Below, piece after piece: positions 8,821 to 13,701 of a stretch of 13,701 nt of DNA. How positions within the stretch are numbered: position 1 is the first letter of the stretch; the number at the start of each line of letters is the position of its first letter. Both the position numbers and the translations under genes were made by a program. This DNA comes from Candidatus Rifleibacteriota bacterium (GTDB lineage Bacteria; Muiribacteriota; Ozemobacteria; Ozemobacterales; Ozemobacteraceae), in the NCBI GenBank assembly GCA_051747585.1, contig JBNJGH010000088.1, forward strand, positions 1 to 13,701. Reading direction: 5' to 3'. The notes below the pieces were generated by a model. That model worked only from the letters and a program-made list of their open reading frames with translations. It searched no databases and had not been told where the DNA came from.

Positions 8821-8865
8821 TAGACCTCACTTTTTGATTTTTCAACCATGTTTTTATCGTAAGCA

Positions 8866-8894
8866 ATAGTAACATATTTTATATTTTCAAGCAA
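8866..8894 (-). promoter_or_regulatory. Sigma70-type promoter of the argBDCJ operon
   Basis: Minus strand TTGCTT (8894-8889)-N17-TACTAT (8871-8866), with an extended -10 TG dinucleotide, ~45 nt upstream of argB. Confidence 0.55.
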
Positions 8895-9086
8895 GGGTTG
8901 CTGGCGCAAATAACCAGACCAAGTTGCCAAACCCCTCTCACCAGGCTCTTTTTCCGTCACAATAAAAACATTCATTTTAACCCGTCTCAACATCGGCTTT
9001 AGACCCGATTTTCGACCACATTAAGTGCGCAAAAGCGGCGCAAACAAAAGACAAGACGATTGTTGTAGAAGCTTATTATGCGCTCT

Positions 9087-9125
9087 AAAAAAACTGCGGC
9101 GAAAGAACCAAGTCTTTCGCCGCAG
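9087..9125 (-). terminator. Intrinsic terminator of the C25 protease gene
   Basis: Perfect 13-bp stem CTGCGGCGAAAGA (9094-9106) / TCTTTCGCCGCAG (9113-9125), 6-nt loop, followed on the minus strand by T7 (9093-9087). Confidence 0.88.
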
Positions 9126-9153
9126 AATTTTATTTCAGCTTATAACTTTTAAG

Positions 9154-11205
9154 TTATTTAATAGCTATTTTACCGATATGAGGTGCGCTGAGATTGCCGC
9201 CGGTAATAACAATTTTAGCTTCTCCACTTTCCGGAAGTGAATTAAGCTGAACAACCACATAACCTTTTTCGGTTACATAACCGGCACCAATGAGTTTGCC
9301 CTGGTGACTGATACCAACATAGGAACCAGCAGGAGCATTAACTTTGATTGTATTGGCTTCTGAATTGATCACCTGAGGATAACCGCTTCTTACAGCTGCA
9401 CTTGGGCCCATATAAGTTCTAAGAGAAGGATCGCCCATGAGGTGATAAACTTCCCAGTAATATTGCTTACGGCCAGAGCTTGACTCTTCGACTGCCAGGT
9501 TACCGGCAACCATAAAACCAGCATTGCTTACTCCAGGACCTTCAAACATTGCTTCGAAAGCACCAGGACCGGTTTCTTCTTTTACCGGAGGAACGCCCTG
9601 ATCGTTAGGCTTAACGATAGAGTGAACACCAACGCCCCACCAGAGATCTTCATCCCAGTAAGTATTGTTAGAGCCACCAACATAACCGATAGCACCTGCA
9701 TCTTCGGCTCTCAGCCATGCTTCACCAAAGCATTGGCCATATTGGAACTTGTTGGTTATACAACAGTTACCGATTACAAGCGGATACTCGCTTTTGTTTC
9801 CGAGATTTTTAATGTCGGTAATGGTGAATCTTGGATCGGCCCAGGTTGTTGTCGAACCATGAGCGGTATAGTTAACATAAGCGGCACCTTTGGCGACTTC
9901 AGAAACGATTTGATCTGAATTGTCCTGTGAGCCTGCTGAAAGATGAACATTTACTGTGTTAAAACCATTTTCTTCGTTGAAATAGTTTGTAGTCGCATAA
10001 TTGATGTGAGACCAGCCATGGCTCTTGGCCCAGCTGTAATCCCAACCTGCGGTAAGCACTACATCTTTAAGAAATGAATCATCGGGGAAAAGATACTGTT
10101 CATATTCGAGAGTCTTTTCTACCTGAGGTTTGAGTTCTGCTACAGTCTGTGCAGAGAATCTACCGGTAAGAATGTCGGGAAGAACGTCGCCGGGAGTTAC
10201 TGCAACATAGTAAAGGTCAGTTATGTGACTTCCGGTTTTTCCGCTGAAAGCAGGAATCTGTTCGTGGTCACCAACGAAAAGAACATAACTTGGAGCCGGT
10301 TTGTCTGCAGTCGGATTATTATAAGCATTATGGATATAATCTTTTAAGCCGGCCTGAAGGTTTTCGCCAAACTGATCGGTATAAACCATATCAACTTTAT
10401 AGCCGGCTTCAGTTTTCCATGCCGCAAAAGGAGCAATTGTTTCTTTGAAAGCGGGGTCAGCTACGATCATGTAGCCCTGTTCATCGTTTCTGGAACCGAA
10501 ACGTAATGCATCAGGAATTGTAACCATTTTTTCAAAACCGGCAAACGCTGGAGTCCAGTGTTTACTGTGCATAGTTTTGGTGGTTTTCATGTCGGCGTCT
10601 TCGAGAATAACTTCGAATTCGATGTTGTTATAAACAACAATAGTATTTTCTACAGGATTGTATTTGATTGGTGCAATGGTCAGATGAGCAAGTCTCATGT
10701 GGCGCAATGTTCCGACTTCTTTAAACGAAGCAAGCTGCAATCCGTGAAAGCCTTTGAAAATATAAGATGATTTTTCATAAACAAATGGAACTTCTGAACC
10801 ATCTTTAGGTGCAGAGGGCTGTCTTGGGAAAATAGGGCTGGAGATACCAAAATCGGCCAGATCGTAAACTTTTGATTCATAGCCTTTGACTTCTACTCTG
10901 ATATCAGCGCCAAATGGAATTTGAACCAGCTTGTTAAAAACAGGCAGCTGGGGAGTTCCATAGTCTCCACCGAAATAAAATTCGGGAGTGTGAAGAACGG
11001 TGAAATTGCCCTGTGGAGTTTCTGCGTCATAAAAATTCAGCTTATCGATTGAACAATTCATGACCATCTTCATATTGTTCGGATCGGTCATTTTCTGAGT
11101 AATAATGTTTACTCCGCTTGTTTTTGCAGATAAATCTATTTCACCGGCAAAAACCCCTCCGCTTAAAAGAAAAACCATCGTTAATACAGCAAAAAACTTT
11201 TTCAA
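9154..11205 (-). CDS. Secreted C25-family cysteine peptidase, Lys-gingipain (Kgp)-like: signal peptide + C25 propeptide + catalytic domain + Ig-like domain
   Basis: Signal peptide MKKFFAVLTMVFLLSGGVFA; propeptide G.PQLPV..LVQIP; YVLFVGD; GRFSA; catalytic His in NYTAHGS...WADP and Cys in IGNCCIT; CFGE; YWDED; YYWEVYHLMGDPS. All closely recall P. gingivalis Kgp. TTG start at 11205 with AAAGGGG RBS (11219-11213). Confidence 0.92.
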   Translation of the reverse strand: MKKFFAVLTMVFLLSGGVFAGEIDLSAKTSGVNIITQKMTDPNNMKMVMNCSIDKLNFYDAETPQGNFTVLHTPEFYFGGDYGTPQLPVFNKLVQIPFGADIRVEVKGYESKVYDLADFGISSPIFPRQPSAPKDGSEVPFVYEKSSYIFKGFHGLQLASFKEVGTLRHMRLAHLTIAPIKYNPVENTIVVYNNIEFEVILEDADMKTTKTMHSKHWTPAFAGFEKMVTIPDALRFGSRNDEQGYMIVADPAFKETIAPFAAWKTEAGYKVDMVYTDQFGENLQAGLKDYIHNAYNNPTADKPAPSYVLFVGDHEQIPAFSGKTGSHITDLYYVAVTPGDVLPDILTGRFSAQTVAELKPQVEKTLEYEQYLFPDDSFLKDVVLTAGWDYSWAKSHGWSHINYATTNYFNEENGFNTVNVHLSAGSQDNSDQIVSEVAKGAAYVNYTAHGSTTTWADPRFTITDIKNLGNKSEYPLVIGNCCITNKFQYGQCFGEAWLRAEDAGAIGYVGGSNNTYWDEDLWWGVGVHSIVKPNDQGVPPVKEETGPGAFEAMFEGPGVSNAGFMVAGNLAVEESSSGRKQYYWEVYHLMGDPSLRTYMGPSAAVRSGYPQVINSEANTIKVNAPAGSYVGISHQGKLIGAGYVTEKGYVVVQLNSLPESGEAKIVITGGNLSAPHIGKIAIK

Positions 11206-11384
11206 ATCATGACCCCTTTCTTATTGATACTTTAGATACTCTTATACAGGCTCCACTGGTCAGGCAGGAACCATGTCTTAAAGGACAGTTGAAGAACTAA
11301 ATTGATTACCGGTGTCTGCCTCAACTCTGTGCCCGATTATTTTTATCAGTCGGGCTTTATATAATATCTTACGGTAATCATAAC

Positions 11385-11414
11385 ATTGTACAGATTTAAA
11401 CATGAATATGTCAA
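11385..11414 (-). promoter_or_regulatory. Sigma70-type promoter of the C25 protease gene
   Basis: Minus strand TTGACA (11414-11409)-N18-TACAAT (11390-11385), implying a ~170-nt 5' leader. Confidence 0.6.
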
Positions 11415-11439
11415 TACTGAAAATTAGATTTCTTCGATT

Positions 11440-11487
11440 GTCGGTATCGATATCGGTATCGATATCGGGATCGGCATCGGTTTCGAG
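11440..11487. repeat. Degenerate hexamer tandem array (NTCGRN x8)
   Basis: GTCGGT ATCGAT ATCGGT ATCGAT ATCGGG ATCGGC ATCGGT TTCGAG, read directly. Confidence 0.9.
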
Positions 11488-11623
11488 AAAGATTATAAAA
11501 TGCGCAGGCTAAATTTTAATATTTAATAAAAAGCAAAAAAGTCTTAAAGCCTGCTAGTTTTATTAAATGAATAATAACTGATGACAAATATGGCAGTACT
11601 GGTAAGAATAATTCCTATTATGT

Positions 11624-11680
11624 TTGTTTTATAAAATTTTAAATGCTAATATTATTTTATCGAAAAATTAAAGAGGGGAG
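11624..11680 (+). promoter_or_regulatory. Candidate catalase promoter and RBS
   Basis: TTGTTT (11624-11629)-N17-TAATAT (11647-11652) with extended -10 TG; RBS AGAGGGGAG at 11672-11680. The AT-rich context lowers specificity. Confidence 0.4.
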
Positions 11681-11685
11681 TTTTT

Positions 11686-13131
11686 ATGACAAAAGACAAC
11701 AAACTTACTACTGCAGCCGGGATTCCGGTGCCAGACAACCAGAATTCCTTAACCGCCGGTGAACGTGGCCCAACGCTGTCGCAAGATCATTATCTTCACG
11801 AAAAACTGGCTCATTTTAACCGGGAAAGAATTCCCGAGCGCGTTGTACACGCTAAAGCAGCGGGCGCATTCGGCACTTTTACCGTAACCAATGACATAAC
11901 CAAATACACCAAAGCAAAAATTTTCTCTGAAGTCGGTAAAAAGACTGAAGTTCTTGGCCGTTTTTCTACAGTTGCCGGAGAAAAGGGTTCAGCAGATACA
12001 GTCAGAGATGTTAGAGGATTCGCCCTTAAATTTTATACCGAAGAAGGAAACTGGGATCTGGTTGGCAACAATACCCCGGTATTTTTTATTAGAGATGCGA
12101 TCAAGTTTCCTGATTTCATTCACACCCAGAAACGTGATCCGCAAACCAACTGCAAAAATGACACCATGCAATGGGATTTCTGGTCACAGGTGCCCGAATC
12201 TCTGCATCAGGTAACGATTTTATTCTCCGATCGAGGCATTCCGAAGGGCATTCCTTTTATGAACGGCTATGGCAGCCACACCTACAGTTTCATTAATGCC
12301 GACAACGAAAGATTCTGGGTTAAATTTCATTTTAAAACCATGCAGGGAATTGAGTGCATGCCACCTGAAGAAGCTGACGAACTGGCCGGTTGCAACCCCG
12401 ACTACCACACTGAACAACTTTTTGAAACAATTAAAAAAGGCGATTTCCCCAGATGGAAGCTTCATGTTCAGATTATGCCCGAGAAAGAAGCAGAAAACTA
12501 TCGCTGGAACCCGTTTGATTTGACCAAAGTGTGGCCTCATGGCGATTATCCACTAATTGAGGTTGGCATTCTCGAAATGAACAAGAACCCGGATAACTAT
12601 TTTGCCCAGATCGAGCAGGCAGCCTTTTCACCAGGCAATGTTGCACCGGGTATTTCTTTTTCGCCCTGTAAAATGCTGCAGGCGAGAATTTTCTCTTATG
12701 CCGATGCGCACCGATACAGACTTGGCACCAACTACGAGCGCCTGCCGGTAAACTGCCCGCACGCTACCAAGGTTAACAACACTTATCAGCGCGACGGAGC
12801 AATGCGTTTTGACGACAATGGTGGACATGGCCCCAATTACGAGCCAAATTCATTTGGTGGCCCTGCAGAAGCACCTGAATTCAAAGAACCTCCACTGAAA
12901 ATCAAAGGTGATGCCGATCATTACGAACAAAAGCGCGGTGTTGACGATGATTATGTTCAGCCCGGCAACCTGTTCAGGATCATGAGCCCGGAGCAGCAGA
13001 AAGGACTTTGTGAAAATATCGCAGGCAGCCTCAAAAAGGTTCCGGTTGAAATTCAAAAGAAAATGATCGAACATTTCACACGAGCCGACGAAAAATACGG
13101 CGACGGTGTTGCAAAAGCCATAGGAATGTAA
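11686..13131 (+). CDS. katA: Monofunctional small-subunit heme catalase (clade 3-like)
   Basis: 481 aa. [14 protein letters not shown] (distal His), [35 protein letters not shown] (Asn), NPFDLTKVW and [14 protein letters not shown] (proximal Tyr ligand). Confidence 0.97.
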   Translation: MTKDNKLTTAAGIPVPDNQNSLTAGERGPTLSQDHYLHEKLAHFNRERIPERVVHAKAAGAFGTFTVTNDITKYTKAKIFSEVGKKTEVLGRFSTVAGEKGSADTVRDVRGFALKFYTEEGNWDLVGNNTPVFFIRDAIKFPDFIHTQKRDPQTNCKNDTMQWDFWSQVPESLHQVTILFSDRGIPKGIPFMNGYGSHTYSFINADNERFWVKFHFKTMQGIECMPPEEADELAGCNPDYHTEQLFETIKKGDFPRWKLHVQIMPEKEAENYRWNPFDLTKVWPHGDYPLIEVGILEMNKNPDNYFAQIEQAAFSPGNVAPGISFSPCKMLQARIFSYADAHRYRLGTNYERLPVNCPHATKVNNTYQRDGAMRFDDNGGHGPNYEPNSFGGPAEAPEFKEPPLKIKGDADHYEQKRGVDDDYVQPGNLFRIMSPEQQKGLCENIAGSLKKVPVEIQKKMIEHFTRADEKYGDGVAKAIGM

Positions 13132-13160
13132 TAAAAAAGCACTGTTACTTTAGTTTTTAG

Positions 13161-13196
13161 AAATCCTCTGATTAATTTCAGAGGATTTTTCTTTTT
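13161..13196 (+). terminator. Intrinsic terminator of the catalase gene
   Basis: 11-bp stem AAATCCTCTGA (13161-13171) / TCAGAGGATTT (13178-13188), 6-nt loop, followed by a T-rich tract; 30 nt after the stop codon. Confidence 0.8.
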
Positions 13197-13592
13197 CTGA
13201 AACCAACTGATGTTATCTGACCATGACTTGTTGATCTAAGGGCCAGCCATTCTCGGTCAATTATTATCAGCTGGTTACCAAAAGTTCTGGCATTATTTCT
13301 TTCTGTCAAATATAGAATTTAAACCACTGAGGCCACCGAGGGCACAGAGTTGATTTTTTAATCTTTTTCAGCCAGGATTTGTCCTGTGGACAAATAGCCG
13401 GCGGTTTCACCGCCCGGCTTTTCCTTCTTCAGCAAGCCTTCAGAAAAACACGAGTGCTTTTCTGAAGGCTTGCTGAAGAAGGAAACAATGGCTGAAAAAG
13501 ATCCTCTGTGATTCTCTGTGGGCTCTGTGGTTAGTTTCTTTGTGGCTTTGTGACTTGGTGTGAGGATTTTTCTTTTTTTGAAACCAACTGAT
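13181..13592 (+). repeat. 31-bp direct repeat pair (13181-13211 and 13562-13592), one mismatch
   Basis: GAGGATTTTTCTTTTTCTGAAACCAACTGAT versus GAGGATTTTTCTTTTTTTGAAACCAACTGAT. Confidence 0.92.
13322..13532. other. Nested inverted-repeat element (candidate MITE/REP-like element or structured ncRNA)
   Basis: Outer imperfect IR of CACNGAG triplets (13322-13349 / 13504-13532); perfect 14-bp stem 13361-13374 / 13489-13502; inner hairpins at 13377-13395 and 13396-13419; perfect 28-bp IR 13420-13447 / 13458-13485. The structure is directly visible; its identity is inference. Confidence 0.7.
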
Positions 13593-13629
13593 AGTCGCAT
13601 ACCGAGAATTGCTGTTTCGGGGCATTATT

Positions 13630-13658
13630 TTGACAGTATCTTGTTTTTTCTGGATAAT
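13630..13658 (+). promoter_or_regulatory. Sigma70-type promoter for the next (off-window) gene
   Basis: TTGACA (13630-13635)-N17-GATAAT (13653-13658), followed by GGAG RBS (13682-13685) and ATG at 13691. Confidence 0.6.
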
Positions 13659-13690
13659 TAAAGAAATATACTTTTAACTCTGGAGAAAAG

Positions 13691-13701
13691 ATGAGACCGA
13701 T
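13691..13701 (+). CDS. Probable 5' end of a gene truncated by the window edge (MRP...)
   Basis: ATG 5 nt after GGAG and downstream of a good promoter; only three codons visible. Confidence 0.4.

Noticed and set aside
8902..9044. Recurrent GCGCAAA motif in the protease-argB gap
   Set aside because: Short, irregularly spaced and compatible with chance.
8821..9086. ArgR (ARG box) or T-box regulation upstream of argB
   Set aside because: Only a half-site-like TGAAT is present, without the matching ATTCA or a tandem box. I saw no T-box consensus or attenuator.
9025..9240. 71-aa plus-strand ORF
   Set aside because: GTG start without a clear RBS; it crosses the terminator hairpin and overlaps the protease 3' end in antisense.
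4520..11205. Functional operon linking the gingipain-like protease with the arg genes
   Set aside because: Same strand, but a strong terminator (9087-9125) and a separate promoter candidate lie between them, and the protease looks Lys- rather than Arg-specific.
11604..11660. PerR/Fur box upstream of catalase
   Set aside because: The best match I found (TTATAAAATTTTAAA, 11629-11643) fits TTATAATNATTATAA at only 10 of 14 positions in extremely AT-rich DNA. Plausible but not supportable.
870..13074. Many 60-137 aa ORFs overlapping the Tim44-like, arg, protease and catalase genes
   Set aside because: Antisense or alternate-frame shadows of well-supported genes, with no motifs.
13361..13502. tRNA interpretation of the cloverleaf-like fold
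   Set aside because: Arms are far too long, loops are 3 nt, and there is no T-loop in the proper context, no 7-nt anticodon loop and no CCA end.
13181..13592. CRISPR array interpretation of the 31-bp direct repeats
   Set aside because: Only two copies, separated by 350 bp rather than a 25-45-bp spacer; no cas genes in the window.
13358..13625. Minus-strand ORFs 13358..13600 (80 aa) and 13440..13625 (61 aa)
   Set aside because: They run through palindromes and heptamer repeats; peptides such as SHKATKKLTTEPTENHRG are translations of the repeats. No recognisable domain.

Overview
AT-rich bacterial chromosomal window. From left to right it holds: an unannotated 41-aa membrane peptide ORF; a membrane-anchored NTF2/SnoaL-like protein; a large membrane protein with the layout (Tim44-like + Cys4 zinc ribbon)x2 + TerB-like; a secreted hypothetical protein; an ornithine-biosynthesis operon ordered argB-argD-argC-argJ; a secreted Lys-gingipain (Kgp)-like C25 cysteine protease ending at its Ig-like domain with no type IX secretion tail; and a monofunctional heme catalase. 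The most unusual DNA is non-coding. Downstream of the catalase (about 13161-13592), a 30/31-bp direct repeat starting inside the catalase terminator brackets about 350 bp. That segment carries inverted triplets of a CACNRAG heptamer, a perfect 14-bp stem and three inner hairpins, one of them a perfect 28-bp inverted repeat, so it could fold as a nested four-way junction. A degenerate miniature of the same motifs lies at about 742-815, and a separate NTCGRN x8 hexamer array lies between the protease and catalase promoters. These look like a family of non-autonomous structured intergenic elements or ncRNAs. No cognate enzyme is in the window, so this remains inference. All protein family calls come from motif recognition, not database searches.
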